Position numbers and translations under genes: made by a program. The notes beneath the pieces were generated by a model. That model searched no databases. It was not told where the DNA came from and worked only from the letters and a program-made list of their open reading frames with translations. This document shows, piece after piece, positions 36,566-47,560 of a stretch of DNA of 64,000 bases; position 1 is the first letter of the stretch, and each line of letters opens with the position of its first letter. This stretch comes from Planctomycetota bacterium (GTDB lineage Bacteria > Planctomycetota > UBA1135 > UBA2386): positions 301,954 through 365,953 of the forward strand of contig OZ245006.1 in the NCBI GenBank assembly GCA_965223545.1. Reading direction: 5' to 3'.

Positions 36566-37528
36566 TCAATCCGCGCCCTCCACCGCCGGAGGCAGCTCGG
36601 TGCGCAGCGCGCCTTGGCCGGCACGGACCGCGACGATGACGACCCCCACCAGCATCATCGACAGGCACAGGACCTGGCCCATCGTCAGCCCGAGCCAGAC
36701 CGTTCCCAGCGGGTCGTCCGCGTCGCGGAACTGCTCGTCCGGCTGCCGGTAGTCCTCGATGAGGAAGCGGAACAGACCGTAGCCGAACATGAACAAGGCG
36801 CCGTACATCCCGATCCCCAGCGGCTTTCGCTTGGTCCACAAGTAGACCCCCAGCAGCACGAGCCCCAGCAGCAGACCCTCGCCGAGCGCTTCGTACAGCT
36901 GGCTCGGATGGCGCAGCGGCACCTGGTCCATCACCTCGGCCCACTGGCCGTTGTCGATCGCCGCGCGCAGCTGGGCCTCGCGGTCGCGCATGCCCTCGCC
37001 GCCGATGCCGAGCAGTCGCGAGGCCACCGGATCGGTGGGAAAGCGCATCGCCCAAGGCACGCTGGCGTCGGTGACGCGCCCGTACAGCTCGCCGTTGATG
37101 AAGTTGGCGCAGCGCACGGCGAAGATGCCCGGGGTCACCGCCAGCGCGAGGCAATCGAGCAGCCGCAGGGCCGGCACGCGGTGCCGGCGGGCGAACAGGA
37201 GGGTGGCGAGGATCACCCCGAGCAGACCGCCGTGGAACGACAGCCCACCCTCCCAGACGGCGATCACCCGCCAGCTGGCGAGCAGCTCGGGCCGGTAGAA
37301 CAGGCAGTAGCCGATCCGCCCGCCGAGCATCACGCCCAAGACCAGCCAGAACACCAGATCGCCGGCGCGCACGGCGGGCAGCGGGAACAGCCGCGCCCGC
37401 GCCAGCCGGACCAGGATCCAGTGGGCGACGACGAAGCCGATGATGTAGCCGAGGCTGTACCAGCGGATCTGCAGCGGCCCGAGCTCCAGCAGCACCGGGC
37501 TCCAGCACGGAAAGAGGATTTCGCCCAT
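36566..37528 (-). CDS. lgt: Prolipoprotein diacylglyceryl transferase
   Basis: Pattern MGEILFPCWSPVLLELGPLQIRWYSLGYIIGF...HGGLLG...FPTDP resembles Lgt. Confidence 0.85.
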   Translation of the reverse strand: MGEILFPCWSPVLLELGPLQIRWYSLGYIIGFVVAHWILVRLARARLFPLPAVRAGDLVFWLVLGVMLGGRIGYCLFYRPELLASWRVIAVWEGGLSFHGGLLGVILATLLFARRHRVPALRLLDCLALAVTPGIFAVRCANFINGELYGRVTDASVPWAMRFPTDPVASRLLGIGGEGMRDREAQLRAAIDNGQWAEVMDQVPLRHPSQLYEALGEGLLLGLVLLGVYLWTKRKPLGIGMYGALFMFGYGLFRFLIEDYRQPDEQFRDADDPLGTVWLGLTMGQVLCLSMMLVGVVIVAVRAGQGALRTELPPAVEGAD

Positions 37529-37691
37529 CGGAGAGTTGCGCGCGATGATGGGCGACCCGCGCCGAAGAAGCCACACCACCGGCGACTTCGCCGGGAGCCC
37601 CAGCCAAAGCCCCAGCCCGGCGGCAGCCGCGGGCCGCGCCAAGTGCCATGCCGTTTTTTATGCCGGCAGCGACGATACGCTGGCCGTCGCG

Positions 37692-38531
37692 ATGCTCGAC
37701 CTGCACCAGAATCTGCGCTCGGTCCTCGACGAACCGGCACGCGCCTGGCTCGACGGGGCGCGCGAGCGGGTCGCGAACGAGGGCCCGCTGGCCGTCGCCG
37801 AGCTGCTGCCGCAGCTGCCGCGCCGGCTCGGCCGCACCACGCTGGGCGGCGGCCGGGTGACGGTCGGCGACGGCAGCATCGACCTCGACGCCTGGCGCGC
37901 CTGCGATGCCGGCGCCCTCGTCCTGTTGCGGCGCGACGACGCGCCCGACGCGGTCGAGCTCGATCTGTTCGCGCACGGCGACCTCGAGGAGCGCGCCATG
38001 GTGCTGCGCTGCGCCGCAGTCCTGCCGGTGCGCGAGGCCACGGTGCAGCTGCTCGAAGAGGTCCAGCGCACCAACACCGTCAGCCACGTCGAGGCCGGCG
38101 CCCTCGACAGCGACCTGCTGGCGCGCGCGCACGGCACCGGCGGCTTCGACGCGGACGCCTTCAACCGCCTCATGCTCAAGGTCGCCTTTCTCGACCTGCC
38201 GCTGCACCGGGTGTTCGACGCCGAGATGCACGCCAACCCCGAGCTGTCGCGCATGCTGTGCGGGCTCGCCACCGAGCGCGAGGCGGCCGGCCGCGCGGTG
38301 TGGACCGACACCAACTGGATGATTGCGCACGCACCGGCACCGGGCACGCTGGCCCGGCTGATCGGCCAGCTCGAACACGGCGACGCGCGCCACCGGCTGG
38401 CGGCGGCGCGCGGCTTGGCCCTGCTGCGCAGCGCCGAGGCCCGCCCCTTCCTGCGCGAGCGCGCCGCGCGCGAGCCGATCGAAGCCATCGAGCGCGTGCT
38501 GCGCGCCGCCGGCGACGGCGAGGACGCCTGA
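37692..38531 (+). CDS. Hypothetical protein, partner of the downstream TatD-family hydrolase
   Basis: High GC3. Same strand as the downstream hydrolase and 38 bp upstream of it. No motif recognised. Confidence 0.45.
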   Translation: MLDLHQNLRSVLDEPARAWLDGARERVANEGPLAVAELLPQLPRRLGRTTLGGGRVTVGDGSIDLDAWRACDAGALVLLRRDDAPDAVELDLFAHGDLEERAMVLRCAAVLPVREATVQLLEEVQRTNTVSHVEAGALDSDLLARAHGTGGFDADAFNRLMLKVAFLDLPLHRVFDAEMHANPELSRMLCGLATEREAAGRAVWTDTNWMIAHAPAPGTLARLIGQLEHGDARHRLAAARGLALLRSAEARPFLRERAAREPIEAIERVLRAAGDGEDA

Positions 38532-38569
38532 GCAGAGAGCCCGCCCGAACGCCCTTGAAGGACTGAGTC

Positions 38570-39444
38570 ATGCGCATCTTCGAACCCCACGCCCACATGT
38601 TCAGCCGCGTCACCGACGACTACGAGCGCATGGCGCTCGCCGGCGTCCGCGCGGTACTCGAGCCGGCGTTCTGGCTCGGCCAGAACCGCACCTCGGTGGG
38701 CACCTTCATCGACTACTTCGACACGATCATCGGCTGGGAGCGCTTCCGCGCGCAGCAGTTCGGCATCCACCACTACTGCACGATGGCGCTCAACCCGCGC
38801 GAGGCCAACGACGACCGCGTCAACGACGCGGTGATGGAGATCCTGCCGCGCTACCTGGAGAAGGACAGCGTGCTCGGCGTCGGCGAGATCGGCCTCGACG
38901 ACCAGACCCAAAAAGAAGAGAAGTACTACATCGCGCAGCTCGAGCTCGGGCTGAAACACGACCTACCGATCCTGGTGCACACCCCCCACCGCGACAAGAT
39001 GCGCGGCTTCGAGCGCTGCGTCGACATCCTGCGCGACATGAGCTACCCGATGGAGCGGGTGCTGCTCGACCACGGCAACGAGGAAACCATCGTCCTCACC
39101 CGCGAGCTCGGCTGCTATTCGGGCTTCTCGATCTACCCGCACACCAAGATGGATCCGCCGCGCATGGTGCGCATCCTGCAGGAGTACGGGACCGAGCGGA
39201 TGATCATCAACAGCGCCTGCGACTGGGGTGTCAGCGATCCGCTGATGGTGCCGAAGACGGTGATGAAGATGGAGCAGGCGGGCTTCGACGACGCCGCGAT
39301 CCACACCTTGGTGTGGGACAACCCGATCGAGTTCTTCAGCCAGGGCGGCCGGCTGGATCGGACCGCGCTGGAGCGGCCGGCGCAGATCGACCGGCGCGAG
39401 ACCTGGGACGGCAACTCCGTGCTGCGCGGCCAAGACCCCGACGC

Positions 39445-39448
<4 letters not shown>
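38570..39448 (+). CDS. TatD-related metal-dependent hydrolase
   Basis: N-terminal HAH metal site (EPHAHMF). TIM-barrel amidohydrolase pattern LGVGEIGLD...ILVHTPH...LDHG. Its stop overlaps the prfC start as ATGA. Confidence 0.7.
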
Positions 39449-41031
<1,583 letters not shown>

Positions 41032-41035
41032 GGGC

Positions 41036-41061
41036 GAGACCGCCGGCCCGGTCCTCGGCGG
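41036..41061. terminator. Candidate bidirectional terminator hairpin (gaccgccg-N10-cggcggtc) between the convergent genes
   Basis: 8-bp GC stem seen directly. There is no U-tract. Confidence 0.3.
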
Positions 41062-41081
41062 TCACGACCCACAACCGCCAC

Positions 41082-42008
41082 TCAGCCGCCGTTGCCCTGA
41101 CCGCCCTCGCCACTCGCGCCGCCCTCTGCTTGCTCCGCCGCCCGCGCCGCCGCCGCCTCCGCCGCCTTGAGCTCGTACTGAATGTGCGTGCGCGCCGGCA
41201 AGTGGTCCATCACCGGGATGAAGCTCTTGCCCGGCGGCAGCTCGATGCGAAACGACTCGACCTCCATCGGCGCGTTCAGCGCGAGCCGGTCGATGGAAAC
41301 CCGCGCGACCTCGCGTCCATCCGCCCACAGCGTCATCTGGCGGATCACCAAGTCGGACTGGCGCACTTGTAGCTCGACGCGGTCGGGTTGCCCCTCCTCG
41401 GCCAGGCCCGCCGGCGGCTGCTCATCGCCGCCGACTCCGGCGCGGCGGTCGCCCTGGATCAGCCAGCACTCTTCGCCCTCTTGGCGCGAGGCGGTCACCG
41501 AGAGGTCGTAGTGCTGGTCGAGGCTCTCGAGCATCTCCGCGCCGAGCGGGTCCTTGGCCTTGTTGCCGAGGTCGCCGGGCACATCGCCCTCCTTGCCGAG
41601 GACCTCGCTGGCCCACTCCAACCGCTCGACCAGCTCGGGCTCCATCCGCAGGTAGGTCGGACCGAACGCCGGGTCCTGCTCGCGGATCCACACCCCCTGC
41701 GGCGTCTTGACCGTCTCGTGCTCGGAGACCACCTGACCGTTGTCGAAGACGGCGCGGTTCTCGATGTGGACATGTGTCGTGCCGAGGACACGGATGGTGC
41801 CCTTGATCTCAAACGCGGTGCCGCCGGCGAAGCGGCCCGTGCTGGTCATCTCCATCTCGACCGAGGTCGACTCCTTCTGCCGCTCCCGCAGCGTCTTCAC
41901 AAGTTCCGCTAGCGTGGGCGGTTGGCCCTCGCCCTGGGGGGCGACGGCGGCGCCGGCCGGCAGCGCGGCGAGGAGGAGGCAAAGAGTTCCGCAAGTGGTA
42001 CGCTTCAT
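41082..42008 (-). CDS. Secreted hypothetical protein
   Basis: Signal peptide MKRTTCGTLCLLLAALPAGAAVA. High GC3. Confidence 0.6.
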   Translation of the reverse strand: MKRTTCGTLCLLLAALPAGAAVAPQGEGQPPTLAELVKTLRERQKESTSVEMEMTSTGRFAGGTAFEIKGTIRVLGTTHVHIENRAVFDNGQVVSEHETVKTPQGVWIREQDPAFGPTYLRMEPELVERLEWASEVLGKEGDVPGDLGNKAKDPLGAEMLESLDQHYDLSVTASRQEGEECWLIQGDRRAGVGGDEQPPAGLAEEGQPDRVELQVRQSDLVIRQMTLWADGREVARVSIDRLALNAPMEVESFRIELPPGKSFIPVMDHLPARTHIQYELKAAEAAAARAAEQAEGGASGEGGQGNGG

Positions 42009-42160
42009 GCTGTTCGTTGCGCCCTGGCGCGAGCGCGCTCCGTGGCTGGCCGCCGCCCCAGCCTACACCGGGCTTCAGATTACCCGGACCACTGGGAACG
42101 CTCGCAGCGAAGCTCGAAACAACAAAGATCATGCCAACAACGGCAGATCGGAGACCCGCG

Positions 42161-43354
42161 ATGCGCAGATTCGCTCTTCTCATTCCCCTCGGCCTTGCCG
42201 CGACCGGCGGCTCGGTGGCCGCCGACGAGCTGCAGCTCGCTGACGGCCGCGTGCTGGTCGGTGCGGTCGAGACCCGCGGCAACGACTACCGGGTGCGCAC
42301 CCGCGACGGCGTCGTCACGGTGCCGATGGGCGACGTCGTCCGCCACCGCACCGACGACGACCTCCGCGCCGCGCTGTCGGCGTTGGCGGAGCGCGTCGGC
42401 GACGACGGCTACTCCCGCGTGCAGCTCGCCCGCACCGCGTTCGGCTGGGGACTGGACGACGAGATGTGGGAGCATCTCGACGCCGCCGTCGAGCGCACGC
42501 GGCCGCGCTCGGCGGGCGACAAGGCGCTGCGCTCGCTGCTCGCCGAACTCGAGCCCGCCCTGTTGCCCGCGGAGCACCGCGATGCCGACCCCGAAGTCCG
42601 AGTCCGCCAGCTGCTGCTGCGGCTGCGCCCCGGCAGCTCGCCGGCCAAACAGGCCGTCGTGCAGGAGCTGCTGGCGCGCGAGCCCGACGCCGACGCCCTG
42701 CTGCGGACGAAAGCGCGCGTGGCGACGCGGCCGCTGCACCGCGCCGCCGCGGTCCACGCCCTCGCGCGCCGCGAGGCCGAGGGCAACGATACGTTCGTGT
42801 TCCGCAGCCTGGTGATGGACGGCTCGCAGGACGTGCGCGATGCCGCCGCCCGCGCCACGCTGCGCAGCGGCCAGCGCGAGCAAGCGGTCCAGTACATCGC
42901 CGGCGGCCTGATGCACGACCACCCCGAGATCCGCGGGCGCACCGCGCACGCGATGGCCAACCTCGGCTCGATGGCGGCGGTGCCGCTGCTGGTCGCCGCC
43001 GGCCCGCTGGCGGGCACGCCGCGGGCGAGCCTGGCCGAGGGCGGCGGCGAGCGCGGCCACGTCGCGTTCATCGAGCAGACCAGCTTCATCCGCGACTTCG
43101 ACGTCGAGGTCGCGCAGGCGTCCTTCATCGCCGATCCCAAGGTCGACGTGCTGCAGTCCGGCACGGTCCTCGACGTCTCCGTGCACGCCGTCACCCGACA
43201 CCGGACCGAGATCGTCCGCGCCTACCGGCGCGCGCTGCACCACCTCACCGGCAGCGATCCGGGCAACCGCACGGCGAAATGGGCCGAGTGGATGCAGCAG
43301 CTGAAGCCGCGGCAAGCAGCGGCGACCACGGCGGCTCGCACCGCGCAGCAGTAA
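42161..43354 (+). CDS. Secreted HEAT/ARM-like repeat protein
   Basis: Signal peptide MRRFALLIPLGLAATGGSVAA. HEAT-like repeats, for example DVRDAAARATLRSG and HPEIRGRTAHAMANLG. Confidence 0.6.
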   Translation: MRRFALLIPLGLAATGGSVAADELQLADGRVLVGAVETRGNDYRVRTRDGVVTVPMGDVVRHRTDDDLRAALSALAERVGDDGYSRVQLARTAFGWGLDDEMWEHLDAAVERTRPRSAGDKALRSLLAELEPALLPAEHRDADPEVRVRQLLLRLRPGSSPAKQAVVQELLAREPDADALLRTKARVATRPLHRAAAVHALARREAEGNDTFVFRSLVMDGSQDVRDAAARATLRSGQREQAVQYIAGGLMHDHPEIRGRTAHAMANLGSMAAVPLLVAAGPLAGTPRASLAEGGGERGHVAFIEQTSFIRDFDVEVAQASFIADPKVDVLQSGTVLDVSVHAVTRHRTEIVRAYRRALHHLTGSDPGNRTAKWAEWMQQLKPRQAAATTAARTAQQ

Positions 43355-43433
43355 GACTGCACCCTGGCGGGCGACTCGAACCCGGCGGGAAACGGGCTTT
43401 CCCGAGGGACGCCGGCCTGCTCTGCTGGCGGCC

Positions 43434-44861
43434 GTGACTAGCCCGCGCCCCAAGCCCGACGTCGCGCTGATCGGCCTCGCCGCCATGGGCCAGAACCTGG
43501 CCCTCAACATCGCCCGCAAGGGCTTTCCGCTCGTCGTCCACAACCGCACGGCGGAGCGCACCCGCGCGTTCCTCGAGCAGCGGGTGCACGGCGAGCCGAT
43601 CTTCGGCGCCGACAGCTTGGCCGGGTTGGTGGAGCAAACCGCGGCGCCGCGCACCGTCTTGTTGATGGTCAAAGCCGGTGCGCCGGTCGACGAGACGTTG
43701 GCGGCACTGCTGCCGCTCCTCTCTGCCGACGACATCGTCATCGACGCGGGCAACTCCCACCCCGACGCCACCGAGCGCCGGTTCGCAGAAGTCGAACAAC
43801 GCGGCGTCCACTATGTCGGCCTCGGGGTCTCGGGCGGCGAGCAGGGCGCCCTCGAGGGCGCCAGCCTGATGCCGGGCTGTGACCAGGAGACCTACGCCCG
43901 GCTGGCGCCGATGCTGGAGGCGATCGCCGCGCAGGCCTCCGGCGAGCCCTGCGTCGCCCACCTCGGCCCCGGCGCCACCGGCCACTTCGTCAAGATGGTG
44001 CACAACGGCATCGAGTATGCCGACATGCAGCTGATCGCCGAGACGCACGACCTGATGCGGCACGCGCTGCGCCTGCAGCCCGCCGAACAGGCAGCGGTGT
44101 TCGCGCGGTGGAACGACGGCGACCTGGCCGGCTACCTGATCGAGATCACCGCCCACATCCTTGAGCAGCACGACGCCGAGACCGGCACGCCGATGGTCGA
44201 CGTGATCCTCGACCGCGCCGGCCAGAAGGGCACCGGGCGGTGGACCGCCGAGCTCGCGCTCCGTCTCGGGGTGCCGGTGCCGACGATCCACGCCGCGGTG
44301 TCGGCGCGCGGGCTGTCGGCGCGCCTGGCGGAGCGACGCCGCGCGGCCGCCGTGCTGACCGGTCCGGACAGCGACCCGGTGACCGACCGCCGGTTGGTGG
44401 ACGATCTCGAGCACGCGCTCTACGCCGCCAAGGTGTGCAGCTATGCGCAGGGCTTCGACCTGCTGCGCCACGCCAGCGCACACCACGGTTGGCAGCTCGA
44501 CCTGGGCGCGGTGGCGCGCATTTGGCGCAACGGGTGCATCATCCGCGCCGCCCTGCTCGAGCGCATCACCGAGGCCTACGCCGCCGGCGCGGACCTGCCC
44601 CATCTGCTGCTGGATCCCGGCTTGGGCGCGCGTTTGGGCGAGCACCAGCGCTCGTGGCGCGAGGTCGTCGGCCTGGCCGCGACCAGCGGCGTGCCGGCCC
44701 TGGCGTTCGGCGCCAGCCTGTCGTACTTCGACAGCTACCGCCGCGACCGGCTGCCGCAGGCGCTGACCCAGGCGCAGCGCGACCTGTTCGGCGCGCACAC
44801 CTTCGAGCGCGTCGATCGCCCCGAGGGCGAGCGGTTTCACCACGAGTGGGGATTCGACTGA
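43434..44861 (+). CDS. gnd: 6-phosphogluconate dehydrogenase (decarboxylating)
   Basis: GLAAMGQNLALNIA Rossmann motif and GHFVKMVHNGIEYADMQLI. Full-length match to Gnd. GTG start. Confidence 0.9.
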   Translation: MTSPRPKPDVALIGLAAMGQNLALNIARKGFPLVVHNRTAERTRAFLEQRVHGEPIFGADSLAGLVEQTAAPRTVLLMVKAGAPVDETLAALLPLLSADDIVIDAGNSHPDATERRFAEVEQRGVHYVGLGVSGGEQGALEGASLMPGCDQETYARLAPMLEAIAAQASGEPCVAHLGPGATGHFVKMVHNGIEYADMQLIAETHDLMRHALRLQPAEQAAVFARWNDGDLAGYLIEITAHILEQHDAETGTPMVDVILDRAGQKGTGRWTAELALRLGVPVPTIHAAVSARGLSARLAERRRAAAVLTGPDSDPVTDRRLVDDLEHALYAAKVCSYAQGFDLLRHASAHHGWQLDLGAVARIWRNGCIIRAALLERITEAYAAGADLPHLLLDPGLGARLGEHQRSWREVVGLAATSGVPALAFGASLSYFDSYRRDRLPQALTQAQRDLFGAHTFERVDRPEGERFHHEWGFD

Positions 44862-45014
44862 CGCGCGGTCGCGCCGGTGCCATGGACGGCGGCACGCCGC
44901 GCGCCGCGGAGGCCGCCGAGCCGGCTTGACCGCGGCCACCGCGGTGGTCGATCCAACGCATGTGAGCGCACCAGCAGCACACGGCCAGCCACGCGGCGAC
45001 GAGTGGTGGCCTGC

Positions 45015-45383
45015 ATGACCGTGGCCCGCCGTGTCGACGTGCTGGTGGTCTCTCGACAGCCGGCCTCGGTCGGCCCGCTGCTGCGCGCGGTCGCCGAGGC
45101 GGACTGCGGCGCCGACCTCGCCGCCGACCTGGCCGAGGCCCGCCAGCTGTTCTTCGAGCAGGGCGGCCACCAGCTGTTGGTGCTCGCTCCCGACCTCTCG
45201 CCCGGCAGCGCCCGGCGCATCGTCGGCGATCTCCGCGCCCTGGATCCGGAGCTCGGCGTGGTCGCCTTCGCGGACCGCCAGCTGGGCACGGCGCCGTGCC
45301 CGCGGTCGACGCGTGCCAGCGCCTTCCACCCGGCCTCACGCGCCGGCATCGGTGCCGTGCTCAAGGCGCTGCAACGGCTCTGA
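45015..45383 (+). CDS. Hypothetical CheY-like receiver-fold protein
   Basis: About 120 aa with a (beta-alpha)5-like pattern, VDVLVVS...LLVLAPDLSP...VVAFAD. No output domain. Confidence 0.4.
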   Translation: MTVARRVDVLVVSRQPASVGPLLRAVAEADCGADLAADLAEARQLFFEQGGHQLLVLAPDLSPGSARRIVGDLRALDPELGVVAFADRQLGTAPCPRSTRASAFHPASRAGIGAVLKALQRL

Positions 45384-45389
45384 GAGCCT

Positions 45390-45656
45390 TCAGAGCAAGT
45401 GGAACGCCGACTGCTGGCCGCAGCGGCAGCGCAGCCGGATGACTTCGGCACCCTGCGTGCGCGCGAGCTGCGCCGCGCGCGACAGCAGCGACAGCGACAC
45501 CGGCCGCAGGGAGGACTCGACGTCGGCCCCCGGCTCGGGGGCGTCCGCGTAGCCGATGCGCCCCAAGCACCGTCGGCACGCGAGGCAGCACACCGCGACC
45601 CGGCGCTCGATCTCCTCGGGGAGCAGTACGGTTTCGAACAGGTCCAAGGGTCTGCG
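45390..45656 (-). CDS. Small Cys4 zinc-ribbon-like hypothetical protein; TTG/GTG start uncertain
   Basis: High-GC3 ORF with CCLACRRC ... RCRCGQQ cysteine pairs. Confidence 0.3.
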   Translation of the reverse strand, partial: RRPLDLFETVLLPEEIERRVAVCCLACRRCLGRIGYADAPEPGADVESSLRPVSLSLLSRAAQLARTQGAEVIRLRCRCGQQSAFHLL

Positions 45657-45783
45657 GGGTTGGATGCGCGGCTGGCGCGGGGCGGCGCGAGGGCTCTGAC
45701 GCCGGCATCTTGCGGGATATTCTGCAAACGCGCAACGCCGCGTGTCACCGGCCACGCCATCGGCGCCACAAGGAGATGGAGCC

Positions 45784-47301
45784 GTGGACAAACCAACCGC
45801 AGTCGGCGCCGGAATGCTGTGCGGCGTGCACGCGATTCCCGTGCGGGTCGAAGCGACCCTGCGCGGCAGCGGCACGCCGCGCATCCTCGGCAGCGTGGAC
45901 ACCGTGGTGCGCGAGGCCTACCACCGATTGCTGACCGCGTTCCCCGCCGACGGGCTGGAGCCACCGCGCGGCTGCCCGACGATCAACTTCTCGCCGGCGA
46001 ACCTGCGCAAGACCGGCAGTGGGTTCGATCTGCCGATGGCATTGGCCCTGGCCGGCGCCGCCGGCCACTACCCGAGCGATCGCGCGGCGACCGTCACCGC
46101 GCTGGGTGAGCTGGGCCTGGACGGCGCGGTGCTGCCGGTGCGCGGGGCGGTGCCGGTGGCGATCGCCGCCGCCCGGACCGGCCGCCGCGACCTGTTGCTG
46201 GCCGAGCGCGACGCGCGGTTGGCCGCTCTGGTGCCGGGGGTCCGCGCCTTTGCCGTGGCGCGGCTGGCCCAGGCCATCGCCTGGCTGCGCGGGACCATCG
46301 ACCTGTCGCCGGCCGAGCCGGCGGCGCCGCCCCCGCCAGCCGCGGTCGCCGACCTCGCCGACATCCGCGGTCACGAGACGGCGAAGACCGCGCTGCAGGT
46401 GGCGGCGGCGGGCAACCACAACACGCTGCTCGTCGGGCCACCCGGATCGGGCAAGTCGGCGCTGCTGCGCCGGCTGCCCGGGCTGCTGCCCGCGGCCTCG
46501 CCGGGCGAGCAGCTGGAGATCATGGCGATCGGCTCGCTGCGCGCCGCCGACGGCTGCGCGCCGGCGGCGCAGCGGCCGGTGCGCTGCCCACACCACACCA
46601 GCAGCTTCGTCAGCCTGCTCGGCGGCGGCCCGGAGCTGCGCCCTGGCGAGGTCACCCTCGCGCATCGGGGCGTGCTGTTCCTCGACGAGCTGGCGGAGTT
46701 CCGCCGCGAGGCGCTCGAGGCCCTGCGGCAGCCACTCGAGGATGCAAAGGTCAGCGTCGGGCGGGCGCGCGGAGTGATCCAGATGCCGGCCGACTTCCTG
46801 TTCGTGGCGGCGATGAACCCGTGCCCGTGTGGCTACTGGGGACACCGCGGCCGCGCATGCGTGTGCGGGCCGTCGCAGCGGCGCCGCTACGCGGCGCGGA
46901 TCTCGGGGCCGCTGCTCGACCGCCTCGACCTGCAGGTGGCGTTGCCGCAGCTGTCCGCCGCCGAGCTCGCCCAGCCGGCCGACGCGCGCTGGTCGACCGC
47001 CGCCCTCCGCGCGCCGATCGACACGGCGCGGGCGCGCCAGGCTGCGCGCTCACCCCGGTCGCCGGTGCCCAACAGCCGGCTTGGCGGCGAGCTGCTGGAG
47101 GCGGCCATCGGACCGGACCAGGCCACCCGGACACGCCTCGACGCCTTGGTGCGGCGGCACCACTTGTCCGGCCGCGCCCGGGAGCGCCTGCTGCGGGTGG
47201 CACGGACGGTCGCCGACCTCGACGACCGCGATACGGTCACGGTCGAGGATCTGCTCGCGGCGGCGCGCTTGCGGGGGCTGCATCACTCGCCGACCGAATG
47301 A
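45784..47301 (+). CDS. comM: YifB/ComM-family Mg-chelatase-like AAA+ ATPase
   Basis: N-terminal Lon-protease-like domain. Walker A GPPGSGKS and Walker B VLFLDE. Zn-binding PCPCGYWGHRGRACVC. C-terminal Mg_chelatase_C domain. Confidence 0.85.
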   Translation: MDKPTAVGAGMLCGVHAIPVRVEATLRGSGTPRILGSVDTVVREAYHRLLTAFPADGLEPPRGCPTINFSPANLRKTGSGFDLPMALALAGAAGHYPSDRAATVTALGELGLDGAVLPVRGAVPVAIAAARTGRRDLLLAERDARLAALVPGVRAFAVARLAQAIAWLRGTIDLSPAEPAAPPPPAAVADLADIRGHETAKTALQVAAAGNHNTLLVGPPGSGKSALLRRLPGLLPAASPGEQLEIMAIGSLRAADGCAPAAQRPVRCPHHTSSFVSLLGGGPELRPGEVTLAHRGVLFLDELAEFRREALEALRQPLEDAKVSVGRARGVIQMPADFLFVAAMNPCPCGYWGHRGRACVCGPSQRRRYAARISGPLLDRLDLQVALPQLSAAELAQPADARWSTAALRAPIDTARARQAARSPRSPVPNSRLGGELLEAAIGPDQATRTRLDALVRRHHLSGRARERLLRVARTVADLDDRDTVTVEDLLAAARLRGLHHSPTE

Positions 47302-47355
47302 GCGTCGGGAGCCGGCATCTTCGCGCGGCGGCAGCTGCTCCGTTAAGCCCTCTGC

Positions 47356-47450
47356 GCTCAGCGCGGCCGAGGCCGCAAACACAAACACGGAGCATTCCGC
47401 GACCCGAGCGTCGGTCGCGGGTCCCGCGGTCGCCGGCGGCCGCGCTGAGC
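47356..47450. repeat. Nested palindromes: gctcagcgcggccg / cggccgcgctgagc arms enclosing an inner hairpin at 47398-47419
   Basis: Inverted repeats seen directly. A third direct copy of gctcagcgcggccg lies at about 47556. Confidence 0.55.
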
Positions 47451-47482
47451 CCGGAGGCCAGTGTTGTCTTCGAGCCTCCGGG
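47447..47482. repeat. Second copy of the hairpin element (tgagcccggaggc-15 nt loop-gcctccggg)
   Basis: Same arms as the 4719-4751 copy. Downstream motif ccggaggctca is also shared; cgagaatgtt recurs in inverted orientation. Confidence 0.6.
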
Positions 47483-47560
47483 AGTTGCGGTATCGAAGTC
47501 CCGGCGACGACGGGCCTTCCGAAAGGTTGTTGCCGCTCGAACATTCTCGGACCCGGAGGC

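Noticed and set aside
37536-37691. Longer N-terminus for the hypothetical gene (the ORF table starts at 37536)
   Set aside because: That start would overlap the divergent lgt start at 37528 and adds a low-complexity Ser/Pro/Ala leader. The internal ATG at 37692 is preferred, though this is not certain.
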